A stretch of 64,000 nt of DNA from Candidatus Daviesbacteria bacterium (lineage in GTDB: Bacteria > Patescibacteriota > Microgenomatia > Daviesbacterales > UBA10151): positions 279,927 through 343,926 of the forward strand of contig JACPDA010000004.1 in assembly GCA_016184225.1 (NCBI GenBank), given 5' to 3'. The notes under the pieces are model-generated. The model was not told the origin of the DNA. It made no database searches and saw only the letters and a list, made by a program, of their open reading frames with translations. Shown piece after piece: positions 37,806-47,667 of the stretch (positions are counted from its first letter, which is position 1; the number at the start of each line of letters is the position of its first letter). The position numbers and the translations under genes were made by a program.

Positions 37806-40001
37806 ATGGAAACTAAAAAGACTTTTCCCATCAAAGGTATGCACTGCGCTTCTTGTGTACGGGTAATTGAGAAGTCGCTCTCAGAGGTAGCGGGAGTTTC
37901 CAGCGCAACAGTTAATCTGGCCACTGAGCAAGCCAGCGTTACTTATGATCCAAAGATTGTAACCGATCAGGTTTTATCATCAGCTGTTGAGGGTGTCGGT
38001 TATAAAGCAGAGCTTGAGCAAAAACTTAAGACTGATATGGAGCAAAAGGAGGAAAAGAAAAAAGAGTTAAGTAAATTGCGCAATAAAGTAGTGTTTAGTT
38101 TGGTTTTAGGTGGGGTGGTTGTGGCAGGGGGGTTTTTGGGAATGCCGGCCTGGATGCAGCTTGTTTTGGCTGCCCCGGTGCAATTTTGGGCAGGATTAGA
38201 ATTTTATAAAGCAACTATACCTGCTTTAAAACATCGGACCGCTAATATGGATACCCTTGTGGCAATAGGCACCTCGGTGGCTTTTGGATATTCAGCATTT
38301 GTAACTGTTTTTCCAGATGTTATCAGAAAAGTAGGGGTAGAACCTGCTCCATATTTTGATGTTTCCACTATTATTATTGGCTTGATTTTATTGGGGCGTT
38401 ACTTTGAAGCAAAAGCCAAAGCCGGTACATCTGAGGCAATCAAAAGGTTAATTGGCTTACAGGCCAAAACAGCCAGGGTAGTCAAAGATGGCCAGGAAAT
38501 TGATATCCCAATTTCGGAAGTTTCGGCTGGCATGGTGATTAGAGTGAGGCCGGGAGAGAAGATCCCGGTGGACGGGGAAATTTTGGAAGGGGAGTCCAGT
38601 ATTGACGAGTCTATGGTCACAGGTGAAAGCATACCGGTTGATAAGGCCAAAGGTGATAGTGTAGTGGGAGCAACCTTAAATAAAACCGGGACATTTACCT
38701 TTCAGGCTACTAAAGTTGGAAGGGATACGTTGCTTTCGCAAATAATCAAGTTGGTGGAAGAAGCTCAAAGTTCTAAGGCGCCTATCCAGAGACTGGCAGA
38801 CCTAATTTCTTCATATTTCGTACCGGTGGTGATTATGCTGGCGATTGCTACGTTTGTACTTTGGTATGTAGTCGGGCCGCAACCGGCATTCTTGTTTGCC
38901 ATGCTTAATATGGTGGCAGTTTTAATAATCGCCTGTCCTTGTGCCATGGGTTTGGCTACTCCGACTGCCATTATGGTGGGAACAGGTATTGGGGCAGAGA
39001 AGGGGATTTTGATAAAAGATGCCGAGAGTTTAGAAACAGCCCACAAAGTTAACACAGTGGTGTTTGATAAAACTGGGACGTTAACTAATGGAAAGCCAGT
39101 GGTGACTGATGTACTAGTGCAAAGTGCAAAGTTCAAAGTGCAAAGTGTTTTGCAAGCGGCAGCTTCGCTTGAGAAAGGGTCAGAGCATTCTTTGGCAGAA
39201 GCTATTGTAAATAAAGCCGAAGAGGAAAAGATTGACTTAAAGAAAGTGGAGAAGTTTAAAGCTATTCCGGGACATGGAGTGGAAGGTCTGATTGAAGGGA
39301 AAAAAGTGGTTCTGGGGAACAGGAGACTGATGCAGAGGGAAAAGATTCAAATTAATGAGAAAGAAATTGAGAAACTAGAGAATGAAGGAAAAACAGTAAT
39401 GATGCTTGGTGTAAACGGAAAACTGGCCGGCTTGATTGCAGTGGCAGATACTTTAAAGACAAGCTCAAAAGAAGCTGTGAATAAGTTACAGAAGATGGGG
39501 ATAGAAGTAGCTATGATAACAGGAGATAACAAAAGAACAGCCCAGGCTATTGCTGCTCAAGTCGGGATAAAAAGAGTTTTAGCAGAGGTTTTACCTGATG
39601 AAAAAGAAAAAGAAGTTAAAAAGCTACAAACTGAAGGTAAAAGAGTAGGTTTTGTGGGTGATGGGATCAATGATGCCCCGGCACTGGCCGTCTCAGATGT
39701 AGGTATTGCCATGGGTTCAGGAACAGATGTGGCGATTGAAGCAGGTGATATTACCTTGATAAATAAAGATTTAAGTTCTGTGGCTTCAGCCATCAATTTA
39801 TCCAAAAAAACCATGAGAACAATTAAGCTTAACCTTTTCTGGGCATTTGGATATAATATTATTTTGATACCGGTGGCTATGGGAATTTTATATCCTGTCT
39901 TTCAAGTTTTAATGAGTCCGATACTGGCATCAGCAGCAATGGCACTGAGTTCAATATCAGTTGTTTCCAACTCGTTACTGCTTAAGAAATATAAAATATA
40001 A
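37806..40001 (+). CDS. copA: Copper-translocating P1B-type ATPase
   Basis: [37 protein letters not shown]. Confidence 0.96.
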   Translation: METKKTFPIKGMHCASCVRVIEKSLSEVAGVSSATVNLATEQASVTYDPKIVTDQVLSSAVEGVGYKAELEQKLKTDMEQKEEKKKELSKLRNKVVFSLVLGGVVVAGGFLGMPAWMQLVLAAPVQFWAGLEFYKATIPALKHRTANMDTLVAIGTSVAFGYSAFVTVFPDVIRKVGVEPAPYFDVSTIIIGLILLGRYFEAKAKAGTSEAIKRLIGLQAKTARVVKDGQEIDIPISEVSAGMVIRVRPGEKIPVDGEILEGESSIDESMVTGESIPVDKAKGDSVVGATLNKTGTFTFQATKVGRDTLLSQIIKLVEEAQSSKAPIQRLADLISSYFVPVVIMLAIATFVLWYVVGPQPAFLFAMLNMVAVLIIACPCAMGLATPTAIMVGTGIGAEKGILIKDAESLETAHKVNTVVFDKTGTLTNGKPVVTDVLVQSAKFKVQSVLQAAASLEKGSEHSLAEAIVNKAEEEKIDLKKVEKFKAIPGHGVEGLIEGKKVVLGNRRLMQREKIQINEKEIEKLENEGKTVMMLGVNGKLAGLIAVADTLKTSSKEAVNKLQKMGIEVAMITGDNKRTAQAIAAQVGIKRVLAEVLPDEKEKEVKKLQTEGKRVGFVGDGINDAPALAVSDVGIAMGSGTDVAIEAGDITLINKDLSSVASAINLSKKTMRTIKLNLFWAFGYNIILIPVAMGILYPVFQVLMSPILASAAMALSSISVVSNSLLLKKYKI

Positions 40002-40071
40002 TTTGAATAGGCATTTCTTTGTTGACAAAAAAGCAAGTTAGATATAGTATTTGAAGAGTGGTTCAAATACT

Positions 40072-40377
40072 ATGATAAACTATCAACAAATCAAAAAAGA
40101 GTTAAGAAATAAAAAAGAGCTGATAAAATGTGCCAAGTGCTTAGGTATAATAGGTGATCCAACCAGATTAAAAATTTGCTATCTTCTTTGCCATTATCCG
40201 GAGTTGAATGTTTCTTCCATGGCTAAGATTCTAAATGCCTCGGTATCGGTAGTTTCTCATAGTATAAGAAAACTACTAGATTTGAAGTTAGTACAGAGGA
40301 GAAAAGATGCTCAGACAGTTTATTATTCCTTAAACAGCAATGATTTTACTACAACGTTGAAAGGCTTCATTACGTAA
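40072..40377 (+). CDS. ArsR/SmtB family transcriptional regulator
   Basis: GDPTRLKI..LL, S.S.VSH.I.KL, V..RK....VYYSL. TTGACA..TATAGT promoter at 40022-40049. Confidence 0.85.
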   Translation: MINYQQIKKELRNKKELIKCAKCLGIIGDPTRLKICYLLCHYPELNVSSMAKILNASVSVVSHSIRKLLDLKLVQRRKDAQTVYYSLNSNDFTTTLKGFIT

Positions 40378-40448
40378 GTAACAAACTTGTTTACGTTTTT
40401 GCGTAGCAGAAAGGAGGAAAAATTATGTGTCCAAGTTGCGGCTAAAAT

Positions 40449-41906
40449 ATGAATGATGAAAATTTCGATTTAATTATTATTGGTGGAGGAGCTGGGGCAT
40501 TTGCAGCTGCTATTAAAGCTAATGAGCTAGATGCAAAAACATTGATGGTTAATCAGGGGCTTCCTTTGGGTGGAACCTGTGTAAATGTTGGTTGCGTGCC
40601 ATCAAAAACTCTACTTTGGGCAGGAGAAGTAATGCATCTTGCCAAAAGCCACAATATTCCAGGGATTGATATAGAAGTTAAAAACTTTGATTTTGCAACT
40701 GTTGTCCAGCATGAACTCGATCTTGTAGCTAAACTTAGAGCTGAAAAGTATGAGAAAGTCTTAAATGGTTTAGAAAATGTTACCCACTTAGAAGGTAAAG
40801 CTAGTTTCGTTTCTCCTAACGAGATTGAAGTTGTTGGTCAAAAGTATCGAGCTAAGAAGTTTATTTCCGACAGGAAAGAAGCTCGCACGACTTTTAAGTT
40901 GAAGAGATTCATCATTGCAGCCGGATCAACTGCAACTGTACCACCGATTGAAAATATACATGAAGTTGGATATTTGACTCATATTGAGGCTTTACAGATT
41001 AAAAATCTTCCTAAGGAACTTATTATAGTTGGCGCAGGGCCTTTGGGACTGGAGTTTGCTCAAATGTATGCCCGTCTCGGTACTAAAGTAACTGTTTTGC
41101 AAAAGAATGTTTCTATTTTCCCTCCGGCAGAAAGAGAACTTACAGATCGTTTGGCCGAAATACTTGACCTAGAGGGCATAACTATTAAAACAAATGTTCA
41201 AATAAAATCTGCCCGTAAGGAAGACAATAGAAAAGTCCTCACTTATATTGTCGGAGATACACAAGAGGAAGTATCAGCAGATGAGATATTACTTGCAACA
41301 GGTAAAACTCCAAATACCCAAGGATTAGCTCTTGATAAAGCATATGTGGAGACGGATGAAAAACAATCCATCAAGGTAAACCCTCAATTTCAAACATCTC
41401 AGCCATACATTTTTGCAGTAGGCGATGTAATAAACCTACCTTTAAGACAAGAACCCACAGCAGGTAGGGAAGGGACACTTGCTGCAGAAAATGCTTTAAG
41501 CAATACGCAAAATACCATTGACTACAATACTGTACCCTGGACTATCTTTACTGATCCACAACTGGCAGGAGTGGGATTTACTGAAGATCAGCAGATGGAA
41601 AAATTTGGTACTTGTATGTGTAAGACTGTCTCTTTTACAGATGTTCCAAAAGCTTTAATTATCAATCGAACTGAGGGCCTAATTAAAATGGCAATCCATC
41701 CTCAAACAAAACAAATTATGGGAGTACACATTCTAGCTCCGAATGCAGGAGAGCTAGTTGCTCAAGCGATGGTACTTATTAAAAATAAAAGTACAATTGA
41801 TGATGTAGTAAACTCCTTGCCAATGTTTCCAACGCTTTCAGAAGCAATTAAAATTGCAGCATTGTCTTTTACTAAGGATATATCTAAACTAAGTTGTTGT
41901 ATCTAA
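40449..41906 (+). CDS. merA: Mercuric reductase (no N-terminal NmerA domain)
   Basis: GGTCVNVGCVPSK redox pair and C-terminal vicinal cysteines LSCC. Confidence 0.88.
   Translation: MNDENFDLIIIGGGAGAFAAAIKANELDAKTLMVNQGLPLGGTCVNVGCVPSKTLLWAGEVMHLAKSHNIPGIDIEVKNFDFATVVQHELDLVAKLRAEKYEKVLNGLENVTHLEGKASFVSPNEIEVVGQKYRAKKFISDRKEARTTFKLKRFIIAAGSTATVPPIENIHEVGYLTHIEALQIKNLPKELIIVGAGPLGLEFAQMYARLGTKVTVLQKNVSIFPPAERELTDRLAEILDLEGITIKTNVQIKSARKEDNRKVLTYIVGDTQEEVSADEILLATGKTPNTQGLALDKAYVETDEKQSIKVNPQFQTSQPYIFAVGDVINLPLRQEPTAGREGTLAAENALSNTQNTIDYNTVPWTIFTDPQLAGVGFTEDQQMEKFGTCMCKTVSFTDVPKALIINRTEGLIKMAIHPQTKQIMGVHILAPNAGELVAQAMVLIKNKSTIDDVVNSLPMFPTLSEAIKIAALSFTKDISKLSCCI
40865..40912 (+). mobile_element. 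48-nt in-frame insertion in merA, probable IS200/IS605-type remnant
   Basis: Follows TTTAT, ends in TCAT and has a subterminal hairpin. Removing it restores AKKFIIAAG. Confidence 0.5.
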
Positions 41907-41912
41907 AATTAT

Positions 41913-42944
41913 ATGGATCTTTGGGTAATATTTCTAACCGGTTTAACAGTGGGAGGAGTCAGTTGCATGGCAGTGCAGGGAGGTCTTTTGGCCTCTACTA
42001 TTGCTGCCAGGGAAGAAGAAGATATCCGGGCTGGTATTAATCATAAGCACACTATCTGGCCAACCTTAGCCTTTTTAGCTACCAAATTTGTTGCCTATTT
42101 AATCTTGGGGTTTATCTTAGGTAGCTTTGGTTCGGCTTTGGCTTTATCCGACAGTGCCAGGATTGTCATGCAGATTGCGGCAGCCATATACATGATACTG
42201 GTGGCACTTAATCTTCTAAATGTTCACCCTATTTTTAGGTATGCTGTTATACAGCCTCCCAGGTTTCTATCCAAGTTGGTTCGGAGTCAATCCAAAAGCA
42301 AGGATCTATTTGCACCGGCCGCTTTAGGCGCGTTGACTATCTTTATACCTTGCGGTACAACTTTGGCTATGGAAGCCTTTGCCATCTCTTCCGGAAGTCC
42401 GCTGCTCGGGGCAACCATCATGGGGGTATTTGTTTTAGGGACAGCTCCGCTATTTTTTGGGCTGGGATTTCTGACTACAGTATTGGGAGATGCATTTAGG
42501 ACTAAATTTCTGAAACTGGCCGGGGTGGCAGTTTTGTATTTAGGGATAACTTCTCTGAATGGGGGTTTAGTGGTAGCCGGCTCCCCTGTTACTTTGCAAA
42601 CAATTGCCGATAGCTCCCCGATCCAGATTGATTTAAGCGGAGGGTCGGCTGAGCAACAGGGTAGTTTGCAAGCTGCAAACGGCACGCAGGAAGTTAATGT
42701 CCAGGCTTTGGCAAATGGGTACAGTCCAAATTATGTTCAAATTAAAGCCGGTGTGCCGGTGAAGTTAAACTTAATAGCCGGGGCCAGGCTGGGTTGTACT
42801 TCTCAATTTCGGATTCCTTCTCTGGGGATTAGTCGGAGTCTGATTCCCAATACTGTTAGCACTATTGAATTTGTCCCGCCAAAGGGTAAAATTATCGGCA
42901 CTTGTGCAATGGGGATGTTTTATGTGACTATGGAGGCAGTTTAA
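41913..42944 (+). CDS. DsbD_2/TauE-like membrane domain fused to cupredoxin domain
   Basis: SCMAVQGG, FIPCG, C-terminal GYSPN..GC and CAMGM. Confidence 0.82.
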   Translation: MDLWVIFLTGLTVGGVSCMAVQGGLLASTIAAREEEDIRAGINHKHTIWPTLAFLATKFVAYLILGFILGSFGSALALSDSARIVMQIAAAIYMILVALNLLNVHPIFRYAVIQPPRFLSKLVRSQSKSKDLFAPAALGALTIFIPCGTTLAMEAFAISSGSPLLGATIMGVFVLGTAPLFFGLGFLTTVLGDAFRTKFLKLAGVAVLYLGITSLNGGLVVAGSPVTLQTIADSSPIQIDLSGGSAEQQGSLQAANGTQEVNVQALANGYSPNYVQIKAGVPVKLNLIAGARLGCTSQFRIPSLGISRSLIPNTVSTIEFVPPKGKIIGTCAMGMFYVTMEAV

Positions 42945-42956
42945 ACTCCTCCCTCT

Positions 42957-43005
42957 GTCATTCTGAGCGATTAGTCCCGATTTAATCGGGATTAGCGAAG
43001 AATCT
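42957..43005 (+). repeat. REP-like element with nested CCCGATTTAATCGGG palindrome
   Basis: GTCATTCTGAGCG-[TTAGTCCCGATTTAATCGGGATT]-AGCGAAGAATCT. The nested core also occurs alone at 6226-6242. Confidence 0.7.
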
Positions 43006-43009
43006 AATT

Positions 43010-43228
43010 ATGGATAAAAAGAAATTTAAAATTACCGGCATGCATTGTTCTTCCTGTGCCTTGACAATAGACATGGATTTAGAGGATCTCCCGGGGGTTA
43101 AATCTGCCAGCACCTCTTATGCCAAAGCAGAAACAGAAGTTGAATTTGATCCGGACAAGGTGACAGATAATTTAGTCCTGACAACCATTAAAAAAAGCGG
43201 ATATGAGGCTGTGCCCGTTGATTTTTAA
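43010..43228 (+). CDS. copZ: Copper chaperone (HMA domain)
   Basis: GMHCSSC in a 72-aa HMA fold. Confidence 0.88.
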   Translation: MDKKKFKITGMHCSSCALTIDMDLEDLPGVKSASTSYAKAETEVEFDPDKVTDNLVLTTIKKSGYEAVPVDF

Positions 43229-43263
43229 TTCCGTACCCTGTACCCTGTAACCTATACCCTAAA

Positions 43264-44247
43264 ATGTTTGACCTAATCTCCATTGGTGATGCCAGGATTG
43301 ATAATTTTGTCCACCTGCCAAAAGCGCATATAAGTTGCACCTTAAATAAGGAGCGTTGTGAAATATGTTTTAATTACGGGGATAAAATTCCGATAGATGA
43401 TGTTAAAACCTTAACTGCCGGAAATAACAATAATAATGCTATCGGTTCAGCCAGATTAAAGATGAAAACCGCCCTCTATGGAAATATCGGCGGAGATGCT
43501 AATGGGAAAATGATTTTAGAGCATCTAAAGATAGAGGGGGTCGATATAAGGTATATGGTAGTTAATAAAGATGTGGCCACCGAGCAATCAATAGTAATTA
43601 ATTATCAAGGGGAGCGAACGATTTTGGTTTATCATTATCCTTGGGATTATCATCTGCCTGATTTAGACAAGGGTAGGTGGGTTTATTTTTCTTCTGTTTC
43701 CTTTTCATTTTCTAAGACCCCCTTGGTTCCTCAGATAGAACAATATATCGAAAGAGTTGGAGCAAATTTGGTTTATACACCGGGGACACACCAGCTCAAT
43801 TTTGGAGTTAGAAAATTTCCCAAGCTGCTTTCTTTAACAAAAGTTTTAATTGTCAATAAAGAGGAGGCTAAAAAGATTTTGGGGGTAGATGAAACTAAAA
43901 AGGCGGATATCAAGAGGCTGCTTTCAGGGTTAGCTGATTTAGGGCCTAGGATGGTAGTGATTACCGATGGAGGAGATGGGTCATATGGGTTTGATGGGAA
44001 TAAATTTTACCAAATTGGGCTTTTTCCGGCAGAGCTTCTGGAAATGACTGGTGCAGGGGATGCTTATGCAACGGGGTTGATTGCTGGACTGTTTCATGGA
44101 AAAGATCTAGCGGAAGCCATGAGGTGGGGCGCAGCTAACGGTGCAGCGGTGGTGGAAAAGATTGGTCCGCAAGAGGGCCTTTTAACGCTAAACCAGATGC
44201 AGGAAAGATTAAAGATAAACTCTAAAATTACCTCTAAAGAGATTTAG
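43264..44247 (+). CDS. PfkB family carbohydrate kinase
   Basis: G..G.D..G, N.EEA, VIT.G..G, TGAGDA. Confidence 0.9.
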   Translation: MFDLISIGDARIDNFVHLPKAHISCTLNKERCEICFNYGDKIPIDDVKTLTAGNNNNNAIGSARLKMKTALYGNIGGDANGKMILEHLKIEGVDIRYMVVNKDVATEQSIVINYQGERTILVYHYPWDYHLPDLDKGRWVYFSSVSFSFSKTPLVPQIEQYIERVGANLVYTPGTHQLNFGVRKFPKLLSLTKVLIVNKEEAKKILGVDETKKADIKRLLSGLADLGPRMVVITDGGDGSYGFDGNKFYQIGLFPAELLEMTGAGDAYATGLIAGLFHGKDLAEAMRWGAANGAAVVEKIGPQEGLLTLNQMQERLKINSKITSKEI

Positions 44248-45881
44248 CTTTTCACCAGATGGTTTAGGGAATATTCCAGGGTGGCATCGACTTTTTTATG
44301 GGGATTAAAAATATCATTGGGATCAAAGATTTTCTTAACTTCTTTAAATAATTCATAAACTTTTTTACCGTACATTTTCTCCAAATATGATCCCCGGACT
44401 AGGCCGTCGTTATGCTCGGCGGTCATAGAGCCTTTATATTCAAAAACTAGGGTATATACTTTCTGAGCGAGCTCCGGTATGGCCTGTATAACCCGGGGGT
44501 CTTTCATATCCACCAAAGGAATGATATGGAAATTACCATTGCCGATGTGGCCGGCAATGGTATAGGTCATAAATTTTTTGTAAGGCTTTAAAATATGTTG
44601 GAGTTTAGGTAAGAATTCCGGCAAAAAGCGTGGTTGGACTATAATGTCATCAATAAAAGGGGCGGTTCGTTTACTGCCGGCATGGTGGCGGAATAAGTTA
44701 AAGCTTTCCCGCCTGACTGTCAGATACTTTTTTTCATCATCCTCGTCTCGGGTAATCCTGGATTTAACATGAAAATGCTTTATAGCTTTTTGAGCTGCCA
44801 AACACTTTTCAGCTACTTCTTCTTCGCTGTCGCCGGTAAATTCAGCCAATAGAATTAATTTGGGGAAGCCATGCTGCAAAGTCATGTAGGCTTCCGGGAT
44901 AAAATTCCAGGCTAGGGTGAGCAGATTTTTAGGATGGATAACATTAAGTAGCTCTGCCCAGAATTTAACAGCAAAACGGAAAGTTTGGTCGTCATAGCTT
45001 TCAAAGCTCTCCGGGGCAAATTTCAAGACCTCCTCTACTATCTCACCTAGATGGCTGATGTTATACAAAAAGATTACCAGCAGTTTGGTATGCTTTTTAG
45101 GTTGGATCAGCCTGAATTTAATTTCAGTAACAATACCCAGAGTGCCCTGGGCGCCGCAGATAAGCTTACTTAGGTTAAAAGTTTGGCCGTCCCAGATTTT
45201 CCAAAGCAGGTAGCCGGCAGCATTTTTGGATACTTTGGGCTCGGCAGTCTGAATTAACTCCTGATGTTGAGTAACTAATTTATACACATCCCGGTAGATT
45301 TCTCCCTCGAAGTTTTTTTGAGCAATTTTTTTATTCAGTTCTTCTTTATTGAGAGGCTCAAAAGTGTACTCATTGCCATCAGAAAGGATGACTTTAAGGC
45401 TTTGAACGAATTTTTCCGTTTGGCCAAAAATCAGTGTTTTTTCCCCCGCAGAGTTATTATTAACCATGCCCCCCAGAGTACATATTTCTTTTGAGGCAGG
45501 GTAAGTTGGCAGCAGCAGGTCTTTTTTTAAAGTTTCCGGTTCAAAGTCACGGTAGAAAACTCCAGGCTCTACTGTAGCAGAGTCAGGTTCTATCTTCAAA
45601 ATTTTATTAAAGTGTTTGGTCATATCTAAAATCAGGGAGTCGCTGATGGCGGCTCCGGACATATCAGTGCCGCCGGAGCGGATAGTCAAGGATAAATGCT
45701 CCCCAGGATTGTCTGTTGCAAATTTAACTAATTTTTTAATATCCTCAGCATTTTCTGGATATATAACTGCTTGGGGTTGAATCTGAAAAAAAGAGGCATC
45801 TTTGCTGTAAATTGTTAAAGTTTCGCTATCATCGAAAACTTCACCTTCAACTATTTTATGTAGATCATCCTTTAGGGACAT
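44244..45881 (-). CDS. FAD-linked oxidase (D-lactate dehydrogenase/GlcD family)
   Basis: RSGGT, TLGGM..NN, GAQGTLG, GHIG.GN.H, AEHNDG, FDP..IFNP. Confidence 0.88.
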   Translation of the reverse strand: MSLKDDLHKIVEGEVFDDSETLTIYSKDASFFQIQPQAVIYPENAEDIKKLVKFATDNPGEHLSLTIRSGGTDMSGAAISDSLILDMTKHFNKILKIEPDSATVEPGVFYRDFEPETLKKDLLLPTYPASKEICTLGGMVNNNSAGEKTLIFGQTEKFVQSLKVILSDGNEYTFEPLNKEELNKKIAQKNFEGEIYRDVYKLVTQHQELIQTAEPKVSKNAAGYLLWKIWDGQTFNLSKLICGAQGTLGIVTEIKFRLIQPKKHTKLLVIFLYNISHLGEIVEEVLKFAPESFESYDDQTFRFAVKFWAELLNVIHPKNLLTLAWNFIPEAYMTLQHGFPKLILLAEFTGDSEEEVAEKCLAAQKAIKHFHVKSRITRDEDDEKKYLTVRRESFNLFRHHAGSKRTAPFIDDIIVQPRFLPEFLPKLQHILKPYKKFMTYTIAGHIGNGNFHIIPLVDMKDPRVIQAIPELAQKVYTLVFEYKGSMTAEHNDGLVRGSYLEKMYGKKVYELFKEVKKIFDPNDIFNPHKKVDATLEYSLNHLVKS

Positions 45882-45903
45882 AAAATTATGGTAACATATT
45901 TTT

Positions 45904-46848
45904 ATGGACCAAAATCTGCCCGATATTTTTGACACAATTATTATTGGTGGAGGAGCTTCGGGGATTACTGCAGCAATTTATGCGGTCAGAAAAAATTTAA
46001 AAGTTTTAATGTTAACCAAGAATATCGGAGGGCAAGCAGCTCTTTCAGGGGACGTAGAAAATTATCCGGGATACAGCATGATTTCAGGTGAAGAGCTGGC
46101 CAGAAAATTTGGAGCAGAACTTTTAAGCTTTAAAGGTAAAGGACTGTGGGTTAAAGAAGGATTAGAAGTGACAGATATATCCGGAGCAGTACCAAATTTT
46201 TCAGTTAAGATATCTGACGGAGAAGAATTTCACTCAAAAACCGTAATTATAGCTTCCGGAAGGATTCCCCGGATGCTCGGGATTTCCGGGGAAAAGGAAC
46301 TTTTGGGTAAGGGGGTAAGTACTTGTGCCACCAATAACTCCCCTTTTTTTAAAGATAAAGATGTGGCTGTAGTGGGTGGGGGGAATTGTGCTTTAGATGC
46401 GGCATTTTCACTGATTAAAGTGGCCCGCACTGTTACCATGATTAACATTACTGATTCGCTAAGTGGTGATGCTATATTAATGAACAATGTTACTTCTTCG
46501 GAAAAAGTCAAGGTTTTAAATAATCATGAGGCGGTGGAAATTCTAGGAGATGCATCTGTAGGTGGTATTAAAATTATAGATAAGCTGACTAAGAAAGAGC
46601 AAATTCTGCCTGTTTCCGGAGTATTTATCGAAATTGGCTGGACTCCTTCGGCGCCGTTTGATAAGCTAACCGAAAAAAATGAAAAAGGAGAAATTAAAGT
46701 TGACCAGTTCGGTGCAAGTTCCGTGCCGGGTATTTTTGCCTGTGGGGATGTCAATGATCAGGTAGGCGAACAGATTGTAATCGCAGCAGGTGAAGGCGCA
46801 AAAACAGCTTTAAAAGTAGCAGAATATATCTCCAAACTTCCAAATTAG
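45904..46848 (+). CDS. Thioredoxin reductase-like flavoprotein (CxxN active site)
   Basis: IIGGG..G..AA.Y, VENYPG, GKGVSTCATN, VVGGGN.A, GIFACGD. Confidence 0.82.
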   Translation: MDQNLPDIFDTIIIGGGASGITAAIYAVRKNLKVLMLTKNIGGQAALSGDVENYPGYSMISGEELARKFGAELLSFKGKGLWVKEGLEVTDISGAVPNFSVKISDGEEFHSKTVIIASGRIPRMLGISGEKELLGKGVSTCATNNSPFFKDKDVAVVGGGNCALDAAFSLIKVARTVTMINITDSLSGDAILMNNVTSSEKVKVLNNHEAVEILGDASVGGIKIIDKLTKKEQILPVSGVFIEIGWTPSAPFDKLTEKNEKGEIKVDQFGASSVPGIFACGDVNDQVGEQIVIAAGEGAKTALKVAEYISKLPN

Positions 46849-47567
46849 CGGACAACTACCCGGGTGCCAGGATTTTCCGGGGTGGCCCTGACTGAATTTT
46901 CTCCTGCAGGTACAACCGGTCCGGCCCAATCAAAAATCTGGGCAGCACTGGCAAGGGGAGAGTTAACACAGCCATGGCTCATGGGATGGCCGAAATTATT
47001 ATGCCAGTAAGCCCCATGGATAGCATAGCCTTGGTAGAAAAACATATTATTTGGCACATTCGGAAGGTTATAATAAGTCCCCAAGTCTTGTGAACCCCCT
47101 TTCATGGTTTGATTCTTGGTCTTGTACCAGATGTTGAAAGTTCCCTTTGGAGTGGGAGACCAAAGACCGGAGGAAATAGGGAACTCCATGACTAATTTAT
47201 TTCCTTCCCAAGCCCTAACTCTCTGTTCGTCTAGCGAAACTTCAATCCATTTTTCCTCTCCGGCGGCATTGGTTGTGCCGAGCACTGCTTCATCAGAGCT
47301 TGGCTGCTGTGCCATGGCACGGGTATAGCTGTAAGCTAAGGAGGTTTTTGGATAATCGATGACCTGGTTATTAAAAATAGCCATAGATGCTTCTTCATCA
47401 AATCTCCCGTCGGTTTTTGCTACAGTGTCAGCATCGCAACAGGAGGTAGTGGGGTCACCGGAGATATTTAACTTATATACAATAGTTCGTCTGATTGATT
47501 GAAAATTAAACGTGATAAAAGTAATTACAGATATTAAAAGCAATAGAGGTATTAGACGGTGCAGCAT
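46845..47567 (-). CDS. L,D-transpeptidase (YkuD family)
   Basis: ISSG...TP.G.F and AIHG.YW...FG..MSHGCVN. Confidence 0.92.
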   Translation of the reverse strand: MLHRLIPLLLLISVITFITFNFQSIRRTIVYKLNISGDPTTSCCDADTVAKTDGRFDEEASMAIFNNQVIDYPKTSLAYSYTRAMAQQPSSDEAVLGTTNAAGEEKWIEVSLDEQRVRAWEGNKLVMEFPISSGLWSPTPKGTFNIWYKTKNQTMKGGSQDLGTYYNLPNVPNNMFFYQGYAIHGAYWHNNFGHPMSHGCVNSPLASAAQIFDWAGPVVPAGENSVRATPENPGTRVVVR

Positions 47568-47667
47568 GAGCTTAGCGTGCCGTCTTTCACACTATTTTTA
47601 TTGTGAGGCAGTTTCAGTATAGACGTCAAGAGGCAGTTTGCAGAATCTGATATGATTAAGAGCCCTC

